Positions 35,455 to 42,857 of a stretch of DNA of 64,000 nucleotides are shown here, in pieces; the first letter of the stretch is position 1; the number at the start of each line of letters is the position of its first letter. A model generated the notes under the pieces. It searched no databases, had not been told where the DNA came from, and worked only from the letters and a program-made list of their open reading frames with translations. This DNA is from Alphaproteobacteria bacterium (lineage in GTDB: Bacteria > Pseudomonadota > Alphaproteobacteria > RF32 > CAG-239): the NCBI GenBank assembly GCA_045634545.1, contig JAZRAL010000025.1:11602-75601 (forward strand). Reading direction: 5' to 3'. The position numbers and the translations under genes were made by a program.

Positions 35455-36405
35455 ATGAAATTTTACGAGACGATGTTGAGCGCAACAGACGAAACGCATT
35501 TAAGTTTTGTTGATAAGATTTTTAATGATGAGTTTGGGGTGAAAGATGGAAAGCCTACGGCTTCGTTAAAACTTGTTTTTACGGATAATCAAAATGATGT
35601 ATTAGATGTTTTGGGTGATGATGGATTTTTTGTATTGGATATAGAAAAGTTTATTGTTGCCTTGGAATGTCGAATATTTAAGTTGATTGAAGAACGTGAT
35701 TTAGGGCATGATAAAGCGAAGTTGATGTTTGATTTTTTGAGAATTAAACAAATTTATCCTTATGCAATGAAGATTTATATTTATGTCTATTGTTGCATGG
35801 AAGAATTTAGAGAAAAAGAGAAAAATCTGAATATTCAGAGTTCGATTTGTAGCGTCTCAGGACAGTTTTATTCTGAAATTAGGGATTGTCGAGGGGGGAT
35901 TTCTCCAGATTTATTTATTAAATTGTATGAAACAACTCCTTTTGAAATCACAAGAAAACTCAGCCAGTTAGAGAATGGTAAAAGCTATGATGATTGTTTT
36001 GATATTCTTAAAACAGATGATAATAGCAAAGTTATTGCTCGTTTTTTGTTGGTTGGAGGCTTTGTTAATAATTGGACATCTTTTGCAAGATGGGTGTTAA
36101 AAGCCTATCCAAACAGAGATCTTGATAACGAGCTTGTTTTGGGAATGGTCAATATTATTTGTAGAGCAGGTAATAATGGTGTTGAGTTTGATGTTGATGA
36201 TTACAAAAACTTTTTACGGGAGGTTCTTGATACTAAAGTTGATGAAAAGATAAAGGTTTTACTTCTTTTGAAAATTATTGGCTTTTATCGAGAGGCTTTG
36301 GGTGGAGATATCTCTTTGTTGATGAGTGATGTAATCAAAAGTCTTAAAAATCTTGATGAGGAAGATAGTGTTAAGATGATGACTAATTTTGTTTTGAAAT
36401 TGTAA
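35455..36405 (+). CDS. hypothetical protein
   Basis: 316-aa ORF with TTGACA-17-TATAAG promoter (35375-35403) and a shared bidirectional terminator. No signal peptide and no recognisable motifs. Confidence 0.6.
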   Translation: MKFYETMLSATDETHLSFVDKIFNDEFGVKDGKPTASLKLVFTDNQNDVLDVLGDDGFFVLDIEKFIVALECRIFKLIEERDLGHDKAKLMFDFLRIKQIYPYAMKIYIYVYCCMEEFREKEKNLNIQSSICSVSGQFYSEIRDCRGGISPDLFIKLYETTPFEITRKLSQLENGKSYDDCFDILKTDDNSKVIARFLLVGGFVNNWTSFARWVLKAYPNRDLDNELVLGMVNIICRAGNNGVEFDVDDYKNFLREVLDTKVDEKIKVLLLLKIIGFYREALGGDISLLMSDVIKSLKNLDEEDSVKMMTNFVLKL

Positions 36406-36412
36406 ACAATGT

Positions 36413-36451
36413 AAAAAAAAGAGCCCCTTAAATGCTAAGGGGCTTTTTTTC
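36413..36451. terminator. bidirectional terminator shared by convergent orphans
   Basis: A8-GAGCCCCTTA-aatgc-TAAGGGGCT-T7. Confidence 0.8.
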
Positions 36452-36746
36452 ATTTTTCTAATTGGTAATTGTACCAAGGTTCGGTTTCTTTGGCTTGTTG
36501 CCAAACTTGTTGTACATAAGCTTCAAGCTTTGGAGATTTTGTGTCATACATACACGATCGTTCGTGTATCTCATTAAATAATTCATCATCGGGGATTTTG
36601 CCAATTGTAACGCTTGGTCCTTTGCGAAATCGATTGTCTGAAGTGTAAATACAGCCAATGACGGATATTTGCCTTCCTTCTAGCACAATAAATGCCCATG
36701 CATTTCCCCATCTTTTATAGGCAACATACCTTGTTTGTCTTTGCAT
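36450..36746 (-). CDS. small hypothetical protein (98 aa)
   Basis: ORF lies between an upstream TTGACA box (36807-36812, minus strand) and the bidirectional terminator at 36413-36451. No known motif and a weak RBS. Confidence 0.45.
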   Translation of the reverse strand: MQRQTRYVAYKRWGNAWAFIVLEGRQISVIGCIYTSDNRFRKGPSVTIGKIPDDELFNEIHERSCMYDTKSPKLEAYVQQVWQQAKETEPWYNYQLEK

Positions 36747-36812
36747 AATACTTTGGTTTATAATAATTTGTTGTCGATATTGTTTTAGTATTGTGTTTGT
36801 TGTTATGTCAAT

Positions 36813-36839
36813 AAAAAAAGGAGTGAAAAATCACTCCCT
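36813..36839 (-). terminator. intrinsic terminator after the SLT gene
   Basis: The minus strand reads GGGAGTGA-tttt-TCACTCC followed by T8. Confidence 0.75.
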
Positions 36840-36842
36840 TGT

Positions 36843-37532
36843 TTAGAATAATGCGCTTTGCAAATCGGTTCTTATATATTCGGCATAATGCTTTTCTAGT
36901 CTATTTTTATAGTTTGTACCATGACGAATATTTTTTGAGTGATATTGCATAGCGGTTTTTTTCCAGTCATTTGTACGTTTGTGAAGTTTGTTTAAGAATG
37001 AAGCGCTGTAGCTTACGTTCTTTTTAGGGTCAAAAGCTTCATCAAGGTTTTTAAATGACTTGCCATGATATCTTAAATTGATTTGCATGCAACCAACATC
37101 AATATTTTTTATGCCTTGTTGTTGCATTGTTTGTACAGCATTAATAGCATCTTCTTTGGTTTTATAGTATTTTCCTTTGCCGTTTGCGTGAACAGTCCAA
37201 GGCCAAGGTAATCTTTTGCCAACAACGGTGATATATTTACCGCTTTCAACAGATGCTATTGTTTGAAGTAGGTTTTGTTTTATATTGTGTGTATTTTCTA
37301 CTTCATTGATAGCTATAAGGCATAATTCATGTGGTTGTGGCTCTAGCATAGATGTAACACGTTCTGTTGTGGAAGGTGTTTTAGCTATGTTTAAGTCTTT
37401 ATCTGATTTTTTTACTTTTATTGGGTCTTCTTTTATAACAAGTAGACTGTTTATATTATATGCCTCATAAGCTTGAGTTGGTGCAGTGATAAGAGTTATC
37501 AAAACCAACATAAATATTATGCTTTTTAGCAC
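36843..37532 (-). CDS. lytic transglycosylase (SLT domain), secreted
   Basis: Signal peptide, catalytic-Glu context IASVESG, then PWPWTVHANGKGKYY...GIKNIDVGCMQINLRYHG, typical of the small SLT/IagB/VirB1-like family. GTG start with RBS AAGGAAA. Confidence 0.8.
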   Translation of the reverse strand: MLKSIIFMLVLITLITAPTQAYEAYNINSLLVIKEDPIKVKKSDKDLNIAKTPSTTERVTSMLEPQPHELCLIAINEVENTHNIKQNLLQTIASVESGKYITVVGKRLPWPWTVHANGKGKYYKTKEDAINAVQTMQQQGIKNIDVGCMQINLRYHGKSFKNLDEAFDPKKNVSYSASFLNKLHKRTNDWKKTAMQYHSKNIRHGTNYKNRLEKHYAEYIRTDLQSALF

Positions 37533-37706
37533 GATTATATTTTCCTTAATACCGCTAGTAGGGCAAGGGGCCTCCCTGTCTTTAAACTTTCAGCCCGGTT
37601 AGAACCTATAAGATTACTATCCCTAAAAACGGGTAAATTAACAAAAGACCAAAAAGAAATAATTGCTTTCTGACCAAATTCAAGGAGGGTTTATACCATA
37701 TAAAAT

Positions 37707-38588
37707 TTAAAAATCCAGCAAAAAATTACCTAAATTTACAACTACTTTGCTTATGTCGTGACTAACCTTTTGAAAATCCTCGTTTTTCTCAAAGGTTTCT
37801 TCGTTTGCATAGATTATTCTATTTACTTCTAGTTGAAGAGTATATGACTTTTTGCGAGGTTCACAGTAGTTAAATGTAATAAAAGCACCAGAATATGGGC
37901 GATTTTTAGATACATAATACTCTCTTCTAACTAGTTCGTTTTCTACAAAAAAGCTTATTTTATTTGGACAACTTTGTTCAAAGAGGTTTCCAAGGCAAAT
38001 ATCTATGCGCGGAGACTCTGAAATAATTGAGCAGATTTTTGATGGCATTGAGTGACAATCAAGAACCAAGCAGAATCCAAACTTTTTGGTTATTTTAGCA
38101 ATTAAATCGTTCATTTTTTTGTGATATAAGTCATATACATTTTTAATGCGCGCTTCTGCTTCTTTGTAGGATAATAAGCCATTATAGATTGGTTGGCTTT
38201 CGGCTGTTACTTTATGGATTATACCTAGGCCATAACGTGAGCGTTGTTGATTTAGTCCTAAATCTTCTCTTGGATAATCATAAAACATATTTGGATCTAA
38301 TTCTACTTTGGCACGATTTACATCTATGAATGAACGGCTAATGTTTAAACTTAATGCAGTAATACCACCTTCGGTTATTGCAGGTAATAATAAATCCTTT
38401 ACATGAATATCTTCGTTTTTTCGAAGTACCGATATATCATGATTTATGTTTTTTAAAAATTCTTCTGGAAAAATTGTTCCGCAATGGGGAATAGATAAAA
38501 GTAGTGGGTATTTTATATCTTTTGTATTAAACTCTGTTAAGATGTCTAATTTTTTATAATCTACTGTAAAATCAATATGTTCGCTCAT
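37707..38588 (-). CDS. N-formylglutamate amidohydrolase family protein
   Basis: Motifs LLLSIPHCGT, SFIDVNR and LVLDCHSMPS are characteristic of the FGase (PF05013) family. Confidence 0.8.
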   Translation of the reverse strand: MSEHIDFTVDYKKLDILTEFNTKDIKYPLLLSIPHCGTIFPEEFLKNINHDISVLRKNEDIHVKDLLLPAITEGGITALSLNISRSFIDVNRAKVELDPNMFYDYPREDLGLNQQRSRYGLGIIHKVTAESQPIYNGLLSYKEAEARIKNVYDLYHKKMNDLIAKITKKFGFCLVLDCHSMPSKICSIISESPRIDICLGNLFEQSCPNKISFFVENELVRREYYVSKNRPYSGAFITFNYCEPRKKSYTLQLEVNRIIYANEETFEKNEDFQKVSHDISKVVVNLGNFLLDF

Positions 38589-38678
38589 TGTTTCTCTTTT
38601 TTAAAATCTATTTATACAACTTTATATGATTACTTATACACAAAAATGGTTAACTTTTTCATAATTTTTTTAAAAGAC

Positions 38679-38706
38679 TTGAAAAGAGAGTGCGGTATGG
38701 TAAAGA
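38679..38706 (+). promoter_or_regulatory. promoter (TTGAAA-N16-TAAAGA) for the candidate sRNA
   Basis: TTGAAAagagagtgcggtaTGGTAAAGA. It shares the TGGTA architecture of the ankyrin promoters. Confidence 0.35.
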
Positions 38707-38712
38707 TTGGGA

Positions 38713-38833
38713 AATATAATAGTAGGACCATTAGTTTAAAAGTAGAATTCATCCTTGACATGGATGAGAAAGAGGAGCGTTACCTCTATGGTCCACCAGT
38801 TTTTTTAAGGGCGATTTAATCGCTCTTTTTTTT
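38713..38833 (+). ncRNA. candidate small RNA (promoter-to-terminator unit, about 120 nt)
   Basis: TTGAAA-16-TAAAGA promoter at 38679-38706. Three nested helices: 38725-31/38788-94, 38748-54/38762-68, 38771-75/38783-87. Intrinsic terminator at 38809-38833. Alternative reading: a 41-aa ORF from ATG 38697. Confidence 0.3.
38809..38833 (+). terminator. intrinsic terminator of the candidate sRNA unit
   Basis: GGGCGAT-tta-ATCGCTC followed by T8. Confidence 0.65.
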
Positions 38834-38834
38834 G

Positions 38835-38863
38835 TTGCAAGATGTTGTTTTTTATGGTATTAT
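38835..38863 (+). promoter_or_regulatory. extended -10 promoter (TTGCAA-N17-TATTAT)
   Basis: TTGCAAgatgttgttttttaTGGTATTAT, upstream of the secreted repeat protein 38897. Confidence 0.5.
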
Positions 38864-38896
38864 ATTTTTATAGGAAATAGAAAGAGGAGAAAGTTA

Positions 38897-39658
38897 ATGT
38901 CTGAAAAGGATAAAGAAGAAATGAAAAGCGATGCAAGGCGTATTTTGAATAAATTTAAGACTGCCTTTCTTGTGATGGGTATTACATTGGCAGGTAGTCC
39001 TGCTCAAGGTAAAACGTCTGAAAATACCAGCGAAGAAGGGCATCAAACAGAGTTTTTTGTTAATAACGAATCAGAACGTCAGACTGGGGTGAAGGAAATA
39101 TCCCTAGATGAACTTGTTGATATGAGTAATAGTAGGGAGGGGCAAAATGTTGTTTCTTATTCTACACCTCAAGAAGAATATGCTTATCAAAATAACCTTG
39201 TAAGACATGAACGTTTATCTAGAGGACTTCCTCATAATAGTATTTATGAGGGTGCTTATTTACAAAGAAGTTATCATTATGGTGTTTCTGATAAGATTGT
39301 TTATTTACCTAAAGATATGGAATTAAATAGATATGAAATTCGCAGATTTAATTATAATAATGCAGTAGAATTGTATCGTGAATGTCGTGATGTATATAAT
39401 CCAAGAGGTAAATTTGTTTATGGTCCTGGTAGTCAATATGGTTATGGTCCAAAAGGACCTAGTGTTGGAGATGTTGTTCATGAAGTTGGACGTACAGCAA
39501 GAGAAATCAATCATGTTACTAGGGAAATTGATCATACTGTTAAAGAAGTTAAGCGTACTGTTAGAGAAATTAAAGGTATTTTTAATGGTGGTAAAAAAGC
39601 ACCGGCGCCTCGTTCTGGTAGTAGAACAGGTATGCCAAGAGGTGGACGTGATAGATAA
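38897..39658 (+). CDS. secreted hypothetical protein with heptad tandem repeats and basic tail
   Basis: RBS is AGAGGAG. The N-terminus ...SDARRILNKFKTAFLVMGITLAGSPAQG is signal-peptide-like and possibly Tat-like. It has four tandem heptads RTAREIN/HVTREID/HTVKEVK/RTVREIK. C-terminus is RSGSRTGMPRGGRDR. Confidence 0.65.
   Translation: MSEKDKEEMKSDARRILNKFKTAFLVMGITLAGSPAQGKTSENTSEEGHQTEFFVNNESERQTGVKEISLDELVDMSNSREGQNVVSYSTPQEEYAYQNNLVRHERLSRGLPHNSIYEGAYLQRSYHYGVSDKIVYLPKDMELNRYEIRRFNYNNAVELYRECRDVYNPRGKFVYGPGSQYGYGPKGPSVGDVVHEVGRTAREINHVTREIDHTVKEVKRTVREIKGIFNGGKKAPAPRSGSRTGMPRGGRDR
39491..39574 (+). repeat. 4 x 21-bp tandem coding repeat (heptads)
   Basis: CGTACAGCAAGAGAAATCAAT / CATGTTACTAGGGAAATTGAT / CATACTGTTAAAGAAGTTAAG / CGTACTGTTAGAGAAATTAAA. 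Confidence 0.8.
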
Positions 39659-39666
39659 TATGTAGG

Positions 39667-41199
39667 TTATTCAAAAATAACTTCTAGGTCTTTTCTTGCT
39701 AATACTACGTAGCCAAGAACATCTTTAGCACCTTCTTTACGGAGAACTTTTTCTTCTATTTTTACAACTTCAAAACCACAGTGCTTTAATTGGCGCATTA
39801 CGTATGAGATATTGTGTACAAAGCGACCTGATGGGGTTAGGTGGTATTCGTTTTTGTTTAGAGTGTTTTTGGAGATAGAAAAACAGAAATATCCATTAAT
39901 GTTTATAGTTTTAGTTAATAATCTTGTTAAAGGTTTTAAATCTCCCATATAGGTTAAAACATCTCCGGCGATGATGACATTATATGTGGAATTTGTTTCT
40001 TCTAAAAATGTTAAAATATCATCAGCATATAATTCTTTGTAGATGTTCTTTTTTCCGGCTTCGGAAAGCATTTTTTCTGAAATGTCTACACCATAATATT
40101 CTTCATTTGGGAAATGTTTTTTTAGTTCTTCGGTGCATAACCCTGTTCCGCAACCAATGTCTAGAATTTGATGCTTTTTAAATAATTTGGTTTTAAGAGT
40201 GTTTTTTAAGAAGTCAGCTATGGTTTCAGGAACACTATAACCAAGTTCTTCTAGAATATTATCAAAAGAATATGCAAAACCATCGAATAATGTTTTTATA
40301 TAATCATGGTCAGATGTTTTAATATCTTGGGTATCACTTAGTGCTGAGCATAAGTGATGAACAATTGGATTGTCTGGAAAATGATTTTTCCACAATTCAA
40401 TATAATTTTTTACTAAATCATGTTGATTTTCATCATGGGCTTCATAAAGAAAGTAGCCAAAGTTTATATGGTCATCTGAGCTTACGTGGTAATTTTTTAA
40501 GAAGAATAAGCGCCATGCATAGTGAAGTCCTTGTTTGTAGTTGCTCATTTTCATAAATAAGCTAGCAATGGAGTTACATACCCATTCTGAATTTGGGGCA
40601 ATTGTTGCAGCTTTTTTTAATAACATTGCAGCATCGTCTTTTTTTAGGAGTTCTGCATAGGCATTTCCTGCTACAATATATGGTTCAACACTGTTTGGGC
40701 GCATTTCTATGGCAATTTTGGCAAATTCAATTGCACGGATGAATTGTCCTAAGTTGTAGCTGGTATTGGCTATATTTGCAACAGCATTATATGATTTAGG
40801 ATTTAGGTTATATAATTTTTCATAGTATGAGAGAGCTTCTTTGTATTCTTTATTAGCATAGTATGAGTTTCCTAGGTTTAATAGTGCAGAGAAATTATTA
40901 GCATTTAATTCTAGGACTTTGTTGGCACAATATACGGCTTTTTCGTATTTTTTAATCTCGTAGTAGATTGTTGATAAATTTAATAGTGCAGTTGTAGATG
41001 ATGGATTTACCGTAAGAGCTTTTTTGTAAAGATTTTTTGCAGTTTTTTTATCTCCGAGAGAATCGTAACAGTTAGCTGCTGTAATTAAGTATTTTTCTGA
41101 TGAGGGGTTATCTAAAGCGAGCTTTAGGTAGAGTTTTGCTGCTTTTTCATATTCTTTGTTTTTTAGAAAGTTTAGGGCGTTTTGTTCTATGTTATCCAC
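39667..41199 (-). CDS. TPR-repeat protein fused to class I SAM-dependent methyltransferase
   Basis: N-terminal TPR units (A..Y.KAL..NP...) and a C-terminal motif I ILDIGCGTGLCTEEL. Confidence 0.8.
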   Translation of the reverse strand: MDNIEQNALNFLKNKEYEKAAKLYLKLALDNPSSEKYLITAANCYDSLGDKKTAKNLYKKALTVNPSSTTALLNLSTIYYEIKKYEKAVYCANKVLELNANNFSALLNLGNSYYANKEYKEALSYYEKLYNLNPKSYNAVANIANTSYNLGQFIRAIEFAKIAIEMRPNSVEPYIVAGNAYAELLKKDDAAMLLKKAATIAPNSEWVCNSIASLFMKMSNYKQGLHYAWRLFFLKNYHVSSDDHINFGYFLYEAHDENQHDLVKNYIELWKNHFPDNPIVHHLCSALSDTQDIKTSDHDYIKTLFDGFAYSFDNILEELGYSVPETIADFLKNTLKTKLFKKHQILDIGCGTGLCTEELKKHFPNEEYYGVDISEKMLSEAGKKNIYKELYADDILTFLEETNSTYNVIIAGDVLTYMGDLKPLTRLLTKTININGYFCFSISKNTLNKNEYHLTPSGRFVHNISYVMRQLKHCGFEVVKIEEKVLRKEGAKDVLGYVVLARKDLEVIFE

Positions 41200-41364
41200 G
41201 TTTAATATCCTCTTATAAAACTATTTTTGCTCTTTACTTTATTACATTATGGCTATTCTAACATATAAAAACAAATTCTTCTATACTTTTATAATAAAAA
41301 AAATAAAAAAAACTATTGACGATTAAAAAAATATATTATAAACAACTTTTCTAGTACAGATTAT

Positions 41365-41450
41365 GGGGGTGTGGCGGAACTGGTAGACGCGCTAGACTCA
41401 AAATCTTGTGACCACAAGTCGTGTCGGTTCGAGTCCGACCACCCCTACCA
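41365..41450 (+). tRNA. tRNA-Leu (anticodon CAA)
   Basis: Acceptor GGGGGTG/CACCCCT, anticodon loop CT-CAA-AA, long variable arm, T-arm GTCGG-TTCGAGT-CCGAC, encoded CCA. A terminator hairpin follows. Confidence 0.9.
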
Positions 41451-41459
41451 ATATGATGA

Positions 41460-41488
41460 AGCTCTTAAGAATTTAAGAGCTTTTTTTT
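41460..41488 (+). terminator. intrinsic terminator after tRNA-Leu
   Basis: AGCTCTTAA-gaat-TTAAGAGCT followed by T8. Confidence 0.8.
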
Positions 41489-41489
41489 A

Positions 41490-41518
41490 TTGAATAAGCA
41501 TCTAAAATGTGTTACTAT
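41490..41518 (+). promoter_or_regulatory. promoter (TTGAAT-N17-TACTAT)
   Basis: TTGAATaagcatctaaaatgtgtTACTAT, upstream of ankyrin gene 41550. Confidence 0.4.
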
Positions 41519-41549
41519 GACTATAAGTTATATAGATGAGGTGCATAGT

Positions 41550-42845
41550 ATGCGAACAGAAGACCAAAAAATTTTAGATAATCAATTATATGAATATATT
41601 GAAAAAGGGGATATTCCTAAGATTGAAATGCTTTTGATTTTGGGTGCAGACATGAATTCTTTTAATGATAATGGAATGACTGCGGTTAATAGTGTTAGAG
41701 ATGTTGAAACCCTTAAATTTTTGATAGAAAAAGGGGCTAATATTGAAGAGGTTGATAGAAGAGGTTATAGCTTATTTTATCATTTAATTTGGAGAGAAAA
41801 AGATCCTAAAAATACTTTGCTTATGCAATATATGATTGATAATAAATTAGTAGATATTCATCAAAAAAATGATTATAGTGATATTACAACATTTGCTTTT
41901 TTTGCAGTTCATGAGAATAATCTAGATGCGCTTAAAGTTTTAATTGAAAATGGCGTTAGTGTGAATGATGTTAATCAATATGGACAAAGTATGTTACATA
42001 AATGTGTTGAGAAACATTTATGGGAAAATAGAACAGATATGATTGAGTATTTGATAGGAAAAGGTGCAGATGTTAATTTAAAAGATGGTGAGGGGGATAC
42101 TCCTTTGATGGAAGCTGTTAGAGTCTGGTATAAAGATAATTTGATGGAAAGATTAATTAAGCATGGTGCAGATGTAAATGTTGTTAATAATGAGGGGAAA
42201 AATTTGTTGTGGCGGTTACTAGATAGGAATGAGGCTTGTTTGGAAAATTTGAATTTAATATTTGATAATGGGTTTAATGATTTAGATAGTAAATTTGAGG
42301 GTTACTCATATTTGTTATATGCAATAACAAGGAGTGAACGTGCAGACATTGTAAATTTTTTTATAGATAAAGGGTGTGATGTCAATGAAAAAAATGATAA
42401 AGAACAAACACCTTTGATGCTTGTTTTTGATTATGATAAGTATGAAACTTCGGATTTTGATAGAGAGTTGATTATTAAAATAATTGAAAAAAGTGATGAT
42501 ATTAATGCTAGAGATAATGAAGGAAAAAGTGTTTTAAACTATTTTGCATCTAGTAGATATAAAGAAGATTTAGGGATATGTGTTAAGTTATTTGAAAAGG
42601 GATTGGATATTAAGGATGAAGAAATTTTAAGTTTTGAAGATATCTCTCTATATATAGCACGCGAGACTATTATGAAGGCAAAAAATATTGTACAACTTAA
42701 AAAAGAAACAAGAAAAAATAACGAACAAGAAAAAAAAGAAGCAAGAAAAGATAACGAACAAGAAAAAAAAGAAGCCGTAAAAGTAGAGGAAAAGAAAAAA
42801 GATATTGGTTTTTGGGCAAATTTGAAAAAAATGGCTAGGTTATAA
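41550..42845 (+). CDS. ankyrin-repeat protein, second subfamily
   Basis: Starts MRTEDQKILDNQLYEYIEKGDIPKIEMLLILGADMN, with divergent ANK repeats and a Lys/Glu tail carrying an 11-aa duplication. ATG 41550 (RBS GAGGTG) is preferred to TTG 41490. Confidence 0.85.
   Translation: MRTEDQKILDNQLYEYIEKGDIPKIEMLLILGADMNSFNDNGMTAVNSVRDVETLKFLIEKGANIEEVDRRGYSLFYHLIWREKDPKNTLLMQYMIDNKLVDIHQKNDYSDITTFAFFAVHENNLDALKVLIENGVSVNDVNQYGQSMLHKCVEKHLWENRTDMIEYLIGKGADVNLKDGEGDTPLMEAVRVWYKDNLMERLIKHGADVNVVNNEGKNLLWRLLDRNEACLENLNLIFDNGFNDLDSKFEGYSYLLYAITRSERADIVNFFIDKGCDVNEKNDKEQTPLMLVFDYDKYETSDFDRELIIKIIEKSDDINARDNEGKSVLNYFASSRYKEDLGICVKLFEKGLDIKDEEILSFEDISLYIARETIMKAKNIVQLKKETRKNNEQEKKEARKDNEQEKKEAVKVEEKKKDIGFWANLKKMARL
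42711..42776 (+). repeat. 2 x 33-bp tandem duplication in the ankyrin gene tail
   Basis: AGAAAAAATAACGAACAAGAAAAAAAAGAAGCA versus AGAAAAGATAACGAACAAGAAAAAAAAGAAGCC, encoding RKNNEQEKKEA / RKDNEQEKKEA. Confidence 0.85.
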
Positions 42846-42857
42846 AGGAAAGTTTTA

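Noticed and set aside
37533-37706. Possible SRP/4.5S RNA or a known riboswitch in the GC-rich intergenic region.
   Set aside because: I could not find the SRP domain IV motif (GGAA tetraloop with AGCA), or the conserved cores of the c-di-GMP, SAM-II, fluoride or ydaO classes. Only short (3-4 bp) helices are evident by eye. It is kept as a low-interest note needing Infernal.
38780-38800. TCCACCA string suggesting the 3' end of a (two-piece) tmRNA.
   Set aside because: There is no T-loop (GGTTCGAnTCC), no GGGGCTGA-type 5' partner and no tag reading frame nearby.
38577-38819. 80-aa plus-strand ORF beginning inside the FGase-like gene.
   Set aside because: Its 5' part overlaps the divergent gene and an AT-rich promoter region with no RBS. 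Only the last 41 codons or the RNA structure are considered (see sRNA finding).
39378-39665. 95-aa alternative-frame ORF within the 38897 gene.
   Set aside because: The 38897 frame has an RBS, a signal peptide and in-frame heptad repeats. The alternative frame is a hydrophobic artefact.
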